A stretch of 64,000 bases of DNA from Rhina ancylostomus (Eukaryota). A program made the position numbers and the translations under genes. Every line of letters begins with the position of its first letter. Position 1 is the first letter of the stretch. Positions 12,347 to 25,197 of the stretch are shown here, piece by piece. Location: the NCBI GenBank assembly GCA_030265395.1, contig JARFYF010000074.1, positions 84,967,620 to 85,031,619 on the forward strand, written 5' to 3'. The notes under the pieces are model-generated. The model did not search any database. It had not been told where the DNA came from and saw only the letters and a program-made list of their open reading frames with translations.

Positions 12347-14730
12347 ATTTTTTATACATGTACTCTGTCAAAACTACACATAAAATTAATTTGAACAAGA
12401 TTGGCAGGTTAACGATTCAGTGTTTATTCTCCGTATTTTGACATTTCAGACCAGAGCTTACCTTCTTAGATAATAACTGGGACTGAAAAGTCTGTGCGCT
12501 CATACATCACAAACTGTCATGTTCGGGTGGGCAGAGTGGAAGCGTTTTGGTGGGCAGTTCATATCACTTCCAGTTTATCTTTTCACATAATGGATTACAA
12601 AGAANNNNNNNNNNNNNNNNNNNNNNNNNNNNNNNNNNNNNNNNNNNNNNNNNNNNNNNNNNNNNNNNNNNNNNNNNNNNNNNNNNNNNNNNNNNNNNNN
12701 NNNNGGATTACAAAGAAGCAACGTTGGGTAACTTTTTGATCTAACGCTCCCATTGGTAAATCCAGTGAATTAATATATGCCTGCCTCAGGTTGTCAACAT
12801 TGGCGTTATTCATTGTTCTTTGTTTTCTCTTGGAGACAGCATTTCCTTTTTGGTTTTCCAAAGTAAGACACAATTTCACTGTAAAAACTAAAACTGATAT
12901 AATTTCAACATTGTTGGTTGCAAGATAAATAGAATGGGAATTTCAGGTTGACGAATGGAAGACTTTTTTTGGGGAGAAGGAAAATCTGAAAGGGTTAATC
13001 TACAATTCAATGTACTCACGTAATTATATATATATTTAAAATATCAGGGCATTTTTCTTAAACTCCACCCCCGATTAAATATAATCACACTGGCAACGGA
13101 GCCGTTACCTCTTTTAAAAAAAGACGAGCGGGAGCTGGCATTGAAGGCCGTCTCCTGGAACAGATGTCAGATTATTTCCACTCGTCTCTCTGGATCACCG
13201 CTGTAAAAACCAGACTACACATTCTCCCAGATGAAGACCACGAATCCGCCCAACAACAACATCATTGTTCTTATTGCTTTAGAATCTACAGCGGCAGCTG
13301 CTTTCTCTAATCATGAAATCAACCCTATATATAGAAAAGTATAATTTGCGAAAAACACAAGCTGATTTCAAACACAGACTCAAGACTTTGAATGAACGTG
13401 GCCCATATTTCCTCGCAGTGTTTTTTCACCCAAACCCAATTGAATGATTAATCGCATCAAAATTACAGGGAATCTCTTTCACTGTACAGAGTGGGATCTT
13501 TGTTGGCGAAAATATACACAACTCTGGAGTTGTGGTATTGCCTTCAGTCCATTAGTAAACGTACTGCTTTTCAAAATGCACCAAACACCCATTCCTTTCA
13601 TCTTACGATGTGTAACCCTGTGCACCAGAAAGAAAGAAATGCAAACACAACTACATGTCTTATTCTCTTTAACTTATACCGCATGGGCTTGCAGTCACAG
13701 TGTAGAACACCGTCCACACCAATGATAGAATATCCTTTGGGCATGGACCTTCAACCAAATGGGTACTAGACAGACGTATAATTCAATTGTTAGAAATTCA
13801 TTCTGGGTTGTCATAGGGTTGAACATTTCAAAACTTGCTTTAAATGTGTAAACGATTGACCGCAACGCTTGGGGGGGGGGCGGTTTCAATTATACTTATG
13901 TTTTAAATATAGTCATCCATTTTAAGGGTACTGTGCAAGATGCTTAGAACCTGGGTCTCAAATCCTCTCTGCCTGGCCGCAAAGCACAAAACACAAGCTC
14001 GTTCAAATCTTGGGCGGGCGCGATGATGGTATATGTAAGAATGTGCCCGAACTGGCTTCGAAATCCTCTGCATCCAATGCATTGAGATTGCGTCACTAAG
14101 GGCCTCTTCTTTTACAAGAACGTTCTAATTATTTCAAATCAGTGTTACAAATCTGCTTGCGGACGACCAATAAACTACGCACTCATTTTACCCGTCTTCT
14201 GGCGCCTGTAACACCTGTGTAATTAAAACTGAAAATGTTCATTCGGCTTCACGTGATTCACACATCCTCCTTTGTAAACTCATTTTAATCTTCCACTTTT
14301 CATAACACATCTGTTTAAAATGTGTCGTTAGGCAACAAGAAAATCCTCAGTTGTCACAGTGGTCTGTTTCTCGTTCCTGCTATTTTTTTCACGAAAGGCT
14401 TCCAATTGGCGTGCAAAGAGCAGATAAATAATTTATTCCATGCACGTTTTGAGTGTTTTTTGTAAATAATTTGAATTGCATTTTAACAAAAAGGTGCATT
14501 GCGATAATCAAGCTTCATATAGACTCAATTTTCTCAATTCAGTGTATTACCAAACTAGTGACCACCGTGCGTGTGGGGACTGGGCAGTGCATTCAAACAG
14601 TTGTAACTTAAAACACATCTTTATATTTGTGATTAGTAATACAACTGTCTCATGCAACTCAGAAATTAAGGATACCATTAGCGAAGTTCGCCGTCTGGAC
14701 TTAATTCCATCTATCCGATAAAGTTAAGCC

Positions 14731-14734
<4 letters not shown>

Positions 14735-14767
<33 letters not shown>
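14735..14767. repeat. (CA)n microsatellite
   Basis: Direct reading of the sequence. Confidence 0.95.
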
Positions 14768-14771
<4 letters not shown>

Positions 14772-16429
14772 GAACATCTAGTATATAATGTCAAAGATTA
14801 ACATGGTACGTCTTATAAACGATAACGGTATTATGTGGTTCCTAAAATGTGCTATCTCAGTCAATCACCGCTAGAACACAACTCGATATTCACAGCGGAG
14901 GCACAGGCAGCCAGTATCCTCCAAAGAGCTCAGCGATCCGTGCCTTCCCGTCCTTTTTTCACAAAGGTTTTTTTTAAACGGCTCGCGATCTCAGGTTTCA
15001 GGGCTGGTCTCCCAGGGGAGGCAGGAGCGGAGTGCGCTTCAATCAAACCCTGACTTCTCCTCTGGGAGCCGAGCCTGAAATCTGATCTCGCCCACTTACT
15101 GCCTGCCTCATTCCACGCGCTTTCTTTGGGCGTAATAACCTTTTAGTTTATTGTAAACACAGTTGGGAGGGATGCTCGATCTTTTAACAGGATGCGTTGA
15201 TTGTGAAATTGGTGTCTAGTGCATTTACTGCGCTTTCTCGCCGATGCAAGGCCGGCGCAAATAAATATATAACCATACAGTCTCATAATTAAATGGCTCC
15301 ATGCATTCAGAAGGCCTCGTAAGAGGCCAAATAGGCGAACTGCTGCTGATTTGAAGGTAACGCAGACGTTCCACGTAAAAGTGAGAACAAATTCTGGATG
15401 TGTTGTCGCAAAAAAATTTAAACAAGGTTGCGCAAAGATTTTACCCATCCCACTTTCAATACATATCCTGAATAAAATGGATAATTTTAGCAAATTGTCA
15501 AAATGTACGTTATTTTCGCACCACAGCTCATCTGCATCAACATCCAAGGTAGAAGCAATATTGAATACCACGCAATCAACTAGAACATGTTGAGCGTACT
15601 AAGTAATTAGTATGCTCACATTAGCTTTTCCAGGCACTGATACTGCCATGTCTTGAATTTCTTTTTTTCACTTAACAACCCGGAAGGAAAGAAACTGCAT
15701 TTTGCATTTCCACGTGTCTTTCCAACGTAGAATTGTGGTGCAGCCAAAGGGGGTCAGAAACTGTTAATTTGGCAATGTCAATTGGACAGGTTAAGAAGGT
15801 CCAAGTTAATCAAGCCATCGATCCGGGATCAGAAATATTCAAAGAATGACAAGCTCGCAATGAAGAATAGGAAAATTCACATTGCGTTTTAAAGTGAATT
15901 AATTGTTTTCATCTGAAAAAATGTGGTAACCTACACCACACGACCACAAATTGAGCGGACACACACGAAATTTCAATAATCTATTTTGCAACGGATGCTA
16001 ATCCAGTGGATGTGCATTACTAACATTTTTAATTACTCAATTTATATAGCACCAAATAGTAAATGAAACAACTCAGGACAACGTGGATCTATAGTCAGAT
16101 TCACCACTGCCTTTGATGTCCTGCGGTCTCCACTAAATTTAATCTGCAACTTTCTATCTCCTGGCAACACATGCCCATACATGAGGAAGTGCCGCTGTGC
16201 AAATATATGTCCCCAAGTTAAGATTTGATAGCAATCTATATTTTAAACTTCCTATAATTTGCTGGTGTCAAGATTGCAAGACAGCTATTAGACTGAAGTA
16301 TTTCAATTCAGGTCCGAATGTTTCTATAAATGGGGCAATATTTAATTAAATGTACATCTTCTAGAAGTATAAGGATTGCAATGGCTAAATTCACAATATT
16401 CTGCTGTTGTCAAGTTAGAGAATCCACAA

Positions 16430-17520
16430 AAAATGCAGTATAACCCCAAAGTGCAAAGGTTAGTATGAAAGTGCAACAAGTAATTAGGAAAACTAGCAAT
16501 TTTTTTATTGAATAGAAAAGTATGGAGGTTATATATGTGGTCAATTGGTGAGACATCTGAGTACAGGGTACAGTATTGGTCTTCTTATTAAAAGGTCACA
16601 TGTAAATAGGTTGGAAGTACTCAACCAAAATCTGGAACGAGCAGATTGTCATATGAGGCAAGGTAGAATGGGCTAGGCGTGTATCCACAGTAATTTAGGT
16701 GACAGGACTTGCTTGAAATGCATTATATCCTAAAGGGTCTTGACAGGGTGAAAGTGGAGAGGATGTTTCCCCTTGTGAAATAATGTTGAGCTAGGTGTCA
16801 ATGTTTAAAAAGAAGACATTACTCACTTAAGCCACAGAAATATAGAGCACAGAAACAGGACCTTTGGCCCACTGAGCACACACGGACCATCAAGCACCTC
16901 TTTACATCAATCCNNNNNNNNNNNNNNNNNNNNNNNNNNNNNNNNNNNNNNNNNNNNNNNNNNNNNNNNNNNNNNNNNNNNNNNNNNNNNNNNNNNNNNN
17001 NNNNNNNNNNNNNCCCCCAACATTTGCATCAACTACCTCTCCACCCCTAACACCAGACTCTTCTACTTACCTACATTCTACAAACAATTTACAGTGGTCA
17101 ATTAATCTACTAACCCACACAGCATTAGGATGTGGAAGGATTCATAGGAAACCCACATGGTCACAGTGAGAATGTGCAAACTCCACAATGACAGCACCAG
17201 AGGTCAGGATTAAATCCAAGTCATGGAGTTGTGAGGCATCAACTCTACTAGCGGCACCATTTTCCCACCCAAGATGGAGATTATGCAATTTATTTTTCTC
17301 TGTCAGAGTCTCGAGTCTTTTGGAACTCACTTCCTCAAAGGGTGGTGGAAGCAGAGTCTTCACATTTTTTAAGGCAGACATAGGTAGATTCCTGGTGTGC
17401 AAGGGGGTGAAAGAATACCATGAGTAGATGGACTGTTGAGTTGAGGTTACAATAAAATCACTCGTGGTCTTATTAAGTGGCAGAGCAGACTTGTTAGTGG
17501 CCTATTCCTGTTCCAATACA
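16430..17520 (+). mobile_element. Decayed CR1 LINE 3' fragment interrupted by an antisense SINE
   Basis: CR1 RT C-terminal and tail motifs: 'gtacagtattggtcttctta', 'gagaggatgtttccccttgtg', 'tttaaggcagacataggtagattcctg', 'tggcctattcctgttcc'. Confidence 0.7.
16835..17262 (-). mobile_element. V-SINE (tRNA-derived) copy
   Basis: Reverse complement of the V-domain ('gaaacccacatggtcacagtgagaatgtgcaaactccaca') plus a CR1-like tail; contains an N gap. Confidence 0.75.
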
Positions 17521-18304
17521 TGCACATTATAATGTAGTTTCATAATTAAGACTTCTTAAAACAAACACACAGCATGCAACATTGTCACAATTTGCCACAC
17601 CTTCTATATTTCTGTCTTTTTTGTTGTTTTTACTTTCTGCTGCCATAAGTGGTTGCAATAAGATCCTGCTACTTCGACCCATCCAGAATCTTGCATTATT
17701 TTGCCAGTTGGGAACAAAGAGCTAGTTGTACCACAAAGAGTAGCTTTCAAGCACCAAATGTTCACAAGTCTGATATAGATGGTGCAGCTTTTTGCATTTC
17801 ATTTAGAGCATCCAAGAAATACATTCATCTATTGCAGTCTTAACACTGTACTTTTATCCTCAATTTAAGAGAGGTTCTAAAGTCTGCTCAGTAGTTACCA
17901 ACATGTATTAAGTGAGCTTGTAGAGAACAATGCAAAGACAGTTACCAATGTCCACAACAATAAGCCTTTCCATCCTTTTATTTGTCCAACCTTGCTGCAG
18001 CAAGCTTCTGTCCAGCACATCAGTTTGTGTAAGAGTAAGGTATGAACCTTCACACACAATTATAAGCAAGGCTCTTGCATGTAAAATCAACAAAAAGACT
18101 CAATGTAGATCAAAACACCCATTCTACATCACATTTGTGAAACCTGATTTGAAATATATTTGTTAAATGTTAAATGCATGAGAGAGAATATTTGTAGGAG
18201 GGTAAAATTCAGTAGATCACCAAGCATTAGGGGCCACCTCACTAAACATGGGTGAGACACAAAATGAAATGTAATTCAGTTGTAAGAGTGGAAATAAAAA
18301 AAAT

Positions 18305-18510
18305 GGACTGCAGATATAGGAAACTTGAATTAAAACAAAAAAAGTGCTACACTCAGTTGGTCAAGCAGGATTTGTAGAAAGAGAAATAGAATTAACATTT
18401 CAGGTCTATGATCCTTTGTCAGATCTTTGGCCTGAAACATTAATTCTGTTTGTCTTTCCACAGATGCTGCCTGACCTACTAAGCGTTTCTAACGTTTTCT
18501 GTTTTTATTA
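18305..18510. mobile_element. Fold-back PLE-derived short element
   Basis: 'gtagaaagagaaatagaattaacatttcaggtc' pairs with 'gcctgaaacattaattctgtttgtctttccacagatgctgcctgacc'. Confidence 0.7.
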
Positions 18511-20402
18511 GCTATTAGGAGTACATAGTGAAACCACAAAAATAACAATGGACTTCAAATTAAAAATACAGAATACATTTTATATAGAGTTCTAATTTTT
18601 ATTTTGGCACCAAATTTAGCTAGCAAACAGGCTATTGGATCAATTACATCTAACTGTTGTGTGTTGTCACATCAGCTGTTCCAACATTAAGTATTCCTGA
18701 CAACTGTTCTGATTAATAGTACTTTACCCAATCCCTTATGCCATGGACATTAGCCAATTTTATCAGAACTGAAGTTACATTATCAAATAATAGCATTATT
18801 TATAAATAATACTGATATTCGACAAATAAAGAAAAATGATTATAGACTCTGCGTTAAATTCTTTTCATTGAGTTCAATTCATTAAATTGAACACATGACC
18901 AAAACATCAGTTATATGAATGCACAGGCTACAAGGCCATTGACCATGGAAGCCTTAGAAAAAGACAATTGATTGTTTCTGTCTTCTGAACAGAGTTGGAT
19001 TTCAGTACATAAAGTCTGACTGCATCATGTAGAAGAACATCATTTGACTATTTTTGCACAACTTAATAAAACTTGGTGTTAAGTATTCATTTTCTTTCCT
19101 CCAGTTACTATTAATTAAATGCAATAAATCCAAATTGTGCTGCACTTGCCCAGTTAAAATCAGACTAAGAACTGACCCCTGTAAACCTCTCAGTATTTCA
19201 ATATGTGATGATCCTCTTATACATACCATGTTAACCCTTTCTTGACACAGAACTTCATCATTGATAATGCCTGTCTCTGGACGTGTGATAAAACAGGTTC
19301 AGCGGTCTATGCACCAATGTGTTCGCACCACAGGGTTTTTATTCTTTAATTAAGTGTTTCAATAAGATGCAACATATGTTTAAAGTTATATTTTCACATT
19401 ACTGTTTTAAACACAACAAAAAGCTGCATTGTTTTCCTTTCTGAACACTGGATTAGTTCACGTTGAATCTAACTAAGCATATTTGTTCCAGATTACAACT
19501 GTAATTCTCATTTTGGATTGACCATACTAGATGTCTATCAATGTGCTTTTATATCTGTTCAAGTACGAGGACATCAGTAGCACGCCTGATCTGATCTTGA
19601 ATTAGAAACACTGACCTAAAATCGACAGCACGACGTTTATATAATAGGATTGATGTTCGAGTGGTTCCTGTTTGGAGAGGGTAGAAAAGAGCAGGCGACA
19701 AATCCCGAATTACATCACTCATCCACTATGTGAAAATATACAAAGTAATAACCATGGCTGAAAAGGATCGCAAAACTAAAAAGTGTAAGTTGCGGATAAC
19801 AAAATTTACATTTTGATACCAAAGTCCTATTAGCATGTGTTTTTGTTTGCTTGACTTTGCCATCCCCATCCTGTAATAACTGCAAAAGTTCACTTGTAGC
19901 TCGTCATCTGAAGGGGCGTGACGAATAATTTTTGAGGGGCGATATTAGGAAGTAAACATCCAACTAAAGATGTTTTGATAGTACTTTCCCACGCTCTACG
20001 CTACGCACAGACGATAGCATGAGCTACAACATCGTGGATACTGGCCTAAGATGAATTATTTTAAAGAGAACGGGAAATCGATGTGCACATTGCAAAATAC
20101 ACGACAAACGTTGGATAAATCTATAATTTGTGTACGCCAACTTGTCAAGAGCATCTAATGATATTTTTTCCGAGATTTCCTGCCGACTGATCAAAATATA
20201 TTACCATAATCATTGGCCTTGGTTAATGGTAAATCAAGGTTTGCAGGCGATTCTGCTCAACATATGGAGGTTGGTGTAAAAGATTGTTGACGTAAGAACA
20301 GAATAATTAAATTCAAGTACAAATCTTCCCAGTAATTATGCTGATTCACATTCAGTGAACAAATATATATTTCAGGTAATCTCATATGATTAGGTTGATA
20401 GA

Positions 20403-20494
20403 CATTCACTTCTACAGTGCAACCAGAACAATGTCACCATGTGTTCACACGAACACATGGTGACATTGTTTTGGTTGCACTGTAGAAGCGAATG
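20403..20494. repeat. 44-bp inverted repeat with 4-nt loop (hairpin)
   Basis: Arm 20403-20446 is the reverse complement of 20451-20494 at 42 of 44 positions; loop ACAC. Confidence 0.95.
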
Positions 20495-23052
20495 GTTTTA
20501 CCTTCCCCAAGAATATGTATGTTCAAAAGGGACTTTTTTTACCTGACTACTTTCTGCTTGTGCTATACGAAACCGACTGCAAACCTCGTGGCAATATACC
20601 TTTTAATTCCAATCTTCACAGCTATTTATTTTCTACTCAGTTCGGATTGTGGACTCTGGCCAGCTGGTGTTGTAAGTTGTCATAATGTATTAAACATGTA
20701 TCAAGAGTGCGCATATATAATGCTTCTATGCAAGTAGTCCATTTTAACACAGCTAATGACGTTGCCGATTTGAAACAGCCCCAGTACGTCGTTAGTTGAC
20801 TTCATTGGAATTTACCAGCAAACTTTACTCGAGGACCTTTATTCGGCTAGTAATGCGACTTGGATGGATCCAGGTTGCACGTTATTTCAAAAATATTGTT
20901 ATGGTTTTACCAAAAGTGTAACTCAATGAGAAATCGTAGTGATTACGATGTGGTAAAATACGTGTGCTAACTCGACATTAAATGCCAAAAACTATGATAT
21001 CGTCTACAATTTTAGCCAAATAAAAAAATCTGTTAATAATGCAAGAAAAAGTTCAGGTGAACCCGATATTTAGGTAACGAGAATTAAATGAAGGCGGAAA
21101 TCCTTTTGAATGGAGATCGGCAGCATTGAGGTGTTTATACTTTACGTCTAACAGCGCGGTGGGACACTACTTAATGGCTGTTGACCAGGGCACACATACA
21201 AACAAGAAAAGCTTTATAACCGCAGTGATTAAATTAACAAAAAAGTATTAAGTCAAAAATGCTAGAAATTCTAACAATCTATAACGTTTATAATAGATAC
21301 ATTCTCGGATTCTTAACAGGTGAAGTAGGCTTAATGAGCTTAAAAGATACTAATAAATTCGGCTTTTGCAAACAAAAAGTATATTCCGATCATGCAGATG
21401 CGCAGACCATGTTCACAGAAGTCAGCGAGCAGACAAAAGGCAATGGTCCGTCAGTACTGTTGGCACTTTTACCTCAATCAACTCTTTTCATTCAGTGGCT
21501 TCATTCATTTCAGCAATACAAAAAGTTCGAGTAAAGGGTGAATGATTGTGAAAACACCCTACTAGACATTCGCTAATTGTATAAAAGTAATTTGAGAAAT
21601 GCATGCGTACGTGCGCTTAAAAGTTCAAGTATATATCACGGTGTTATCTGGTGATACGCGCGGGAGGGTGGATATACATACATTTACGCAAACGCATACT
21701 GCACTACACCCACAGCATGACATTCTCAGCTAAACTTTCAATCCCTGAACACTTCGCTCAGAGGACTGCGGTTCGTTTAAAAAAAACAAGACGCATCTCA
21801 AGAGTCCGGTTTACTTCCCCTCGGGATTTTTTTTCTCCTGCGATTACCAGTCCCTCCTCCCCGAGCTTGCAGGGAGCCGACCACTGTTGTCTAGACCGAT
21901 CGATCATTTAGACAGAGACGTACAATACGGCCAAACCCTTCAATCAGGCAGAACTGGCAGTTACCACACGGGTACATGTCACCTTCCAGGTAACCAGCTA
22001 GCAACAGAACAACCTTCAACACTAGATCTCACTTTAACATTCGCCCAGACGGTTCAAATTACAATAACCACGTAGAAAGGAAAACAGTGTATTGGTTTAT
22101 GTATTAATATTCTGCAACACATATACTTGATAACGTTAAAGGTGCTTTCGCAATAACCTGGAAGACGCAGCTTGATCAACATAAACCATTACTCTGCACC
22201 ATAAGATCCTTCACTGGCACTCATCTCCCTTCAGTAGTCCAGTTAACGTAAACTGCAGTTTATTGGCAAAATATGCATAAACATGGAACTGTTCCTTTAT
22301 TTTAAATGATGTTTCCATCCCATTTTTTTTAAAAAAAAACTTACATTTTCTGCTCAAGAAGCATACAAAATCACCATGTTTCCGTTATTTTTTCCTGTGT
22401 TAATTTTGGAATAAAGATAACAAATGCGTAAAAAAAGCATTTGGTTAAGCCCCCTGAGCGGAATTCAGAGGGTTTATCATTGCCATCGCTGTGTGGGGGG
22501 AGGGGGTCTTTTTGCACGGTTCGGCTTTGCACGAATATCCTCAGTGGTGGAAGACATCCGTGTTCCTTTGTACAACAGAGGCAGAGCGAAACAGTATTTG
22601 CAAAAGCCTGAGTTCCTCTGCGGACAATGGCGAGCGTGTTTTACAATGTGCCTTTGCATTTAAAAAGGTCAAAATGATGTTTGCAAGTCTACGAATCTTA
22701 GCGGTTGGCTAAAACGGGACGATTGATGTCTTTGGTAAAGCTGAATGGATCAGATTGTGAACCGAATCGCGAAGTTGGGAACGGACCAACAATGATCGCG
22801 CTCTGCTAATCCGAGTCTCGAAACTTATCCTCGATATTCACTAGAGATACGTATTCAAGCTAATGTATGAGTTTGATTTAGTAATTCTACTTTTACTGAA
22901 ACTGAAAAGTAATTGAAGACCGCACCATTTGGAGAAATGTCTTCACCCAGACAGTCTCCGCTTTCCAACAGTCATCGGCGCGGTCCCACCGCGATTTTAG
23001 CGATCAGGAAAGCCCTGTCCATATCCACTTCGTTCACAGAACCCCTTCTTAC

Positions 23053-23171
23053 CTGGTTCCAGTCTCCGCACGTAATATAACCAGACCAGTACTCCGACGG
23101 CGACCTCCTGGTTTTTTTGCTGCATCCACGTGCCTTTATATTTTTTAATAGCCAAGAAAGACTTCTTTCAT
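23053..23171 (-). ncRNA. Candidate 119-nt internal exon
   Basis: Acceptor cttctctcgtatttcatatgcgcag|A and strong donor CAG|GTAAGA on the minus strand; translations match no protein I recognise. Confidence 0.4.
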
Positions 23172-25155
23172 CTGCGCATATGAAATACGAGAGAAGCACG
23201 CTTATCACCCCACAAGTCCGGATATCCACCAGAGGAGAGGGGAAAAAATCCGCTCTTCAAAGGAGAGAGAGAGAAAATCAACGGAAGGGCCTTTTTCGCA
23301 GCTCTAACCGACCCCTTTGGCTGCAGCTGAACGGTATGGAGCGCCGCGGCTCGCTCCAGTGAGTCAGCCAAGGTTTCAGTGTAAATGTTCACTGTACAGG
23401 TGGAGATCGGCTGTGATCCTCTGGCACGGAACTCTTCGCAGCGCCATGTTGCCTTCTCACCAGATACACAGCGGCCAAACGATCCGGTCTATCGGCTGAC
23501 GCTCACTCCATCGCCCCACATCCCCAACTTGTCGAACCTCGGGCTGCGGGCTTCTGACGGAGGGGTGGGGGCGGCGGTATTGAAGTGAAGAGCCCTCTGG
23601 CAGATCACTGGCGCAGACGTGGTTCAGCGTCCACAGTGTTAGCCGATTTTTTTTAAATTTCCGATCCAGCCCGAGCGTGCAGCTCCGCTCCGGGACTGAA
23701 AAAAACCTCTTTACCCATAAGGCCAGTCGTTAACTTCAATTACCATAAACATCAACCTCCAGCTCGTAACCCCAATACCAAAATCTCTCACGCACCAGCA
23801 ACATCGCATATACAAACCACCACGACCAGTACACACCACACAACGCTTGTTAATTAGAATATATGTTGTGTGCTGGTACATTTGCAAAACAACTCACGCT
23901 TGTCGCATGATAGCACAAGCTTCAATCACGCGAGATATAAATGGCAAGGTTGTTAAAAGTTTCTGCCCTATGTATCATTAATTTCTTGGCTGCGGTCTGT
24001 GTGAACCATACTAACATTTGCACGTACCACATCATAGATTCCAAAACTAGCAAATAGTTAATCATGGTCGTTAATGTAAAAAAAAAGCCCGTTTACATAT
24101 ATTGCCGTTTATTGCCACTGATAAGTGACTTAATGTTAAGTTACCTATCAACAGTACTTAAACATCTGATTCATTCACATTTAGGTGCTCATATTCTAAT
24201 NNNNNNNNNNNNNNNNNNNNNNNNNNNNNNNNNNNNNNNNNNNNNNNNNNNNNNNNNNNNNNNNNNNNNNNNNNNNNNNNNNNNNNNNNNNNNNNNNNNN
24301 TTCATCTGTACACATAAAATTGTAATATTCCCCGTGATTTTTACGTTCAAATCAATGGTGAATCAGGTCATTAACCAGTTGTGTTCCAAATGTGTTTTTA
24401 AAACGAGGATCAAAAGTATTTCGCGCCAATTAAGAGAGAACATTGTGCTTTTATTACATTAATTGAAGTTCAGTTATACTTCTCAAATTGTTCATAGATT
24501 TAAGCGGAGAGGGGCTTCAAGATTATTCATTTGGTCGTTGTGAATAAGTACACAGTAAAATAAAACGGTCCGATTCACTCCATTGTCTTCATTTGAAAAT
24601 TTACAGTATTGTGCAAAATATGTGACAAATGTACTTCATCAGAACACAAACTAAGCTTTAAAGTAATAACCTATAGGCGGGAATGATAAAGTGTAGCAAA
24701 ACAACGCTGATGCTCAGACTGGCTCGATTGTTTCTGCAAACTCTTCCCTTTGCCCATCCCTTGGGAGTTGACCAGAAGGTCAGGACGCTTTGCGCACGAC
24801 TCGCGCGGGAAATCTTCCATCAAGCGCTCGGACACTCCCATTCACGCACACGGGGCACCTATATAAAGAAATGACATGTATACCCACGCTGGCACGTAAC
24901 CACAGGCTTCTGCAGCGAGTTGTATACTCATTTCTTCCCACGTACTCCCGCAGCCACTCACTCTCGAGCTGTCATACCTAGACTCGCTTGTTCATAGATG
25001 GCCTCTCGTACAGTCTGTCGCTCGCTCAGACACACAAACACGCACTTCTCACGCTCAGTCAGCTCCGCACACAGCCGTGCAGAGAACTGGTCCGTCTCTG
25101 GCACTACCTTACTCCAGCAATCTCATCCATAGTCCTGAAACACACATTTTCTCGT

Positions 25156-25156
<1 letters not shown>

Positions 25157-25195
<39 letters not shown>
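25157..25195. repeat. (CA)n microsatellite within a CA/CT-rich low-complexity zone (about 24830-25620)
   Basis: Direct reading of the sequence. Confidence 0.95.

Positions 25196-25197
<2 letters not shown>

Noticed and set aside
12592-12717. Direct repeat GGATTACAAAGAA flanking an N run (similar at about 54465/54572 and 59488/59596)
   Set aside because: Contig-end overlap across placeholder gaps, an assembly artefact rather than a TSD; ORFs running through Ns are also meaningless.
20662-20673. miR-138-like AGCTGGTGTTGT
   Set aside because: 12-nt match only; the 3' half and star arm are absent.
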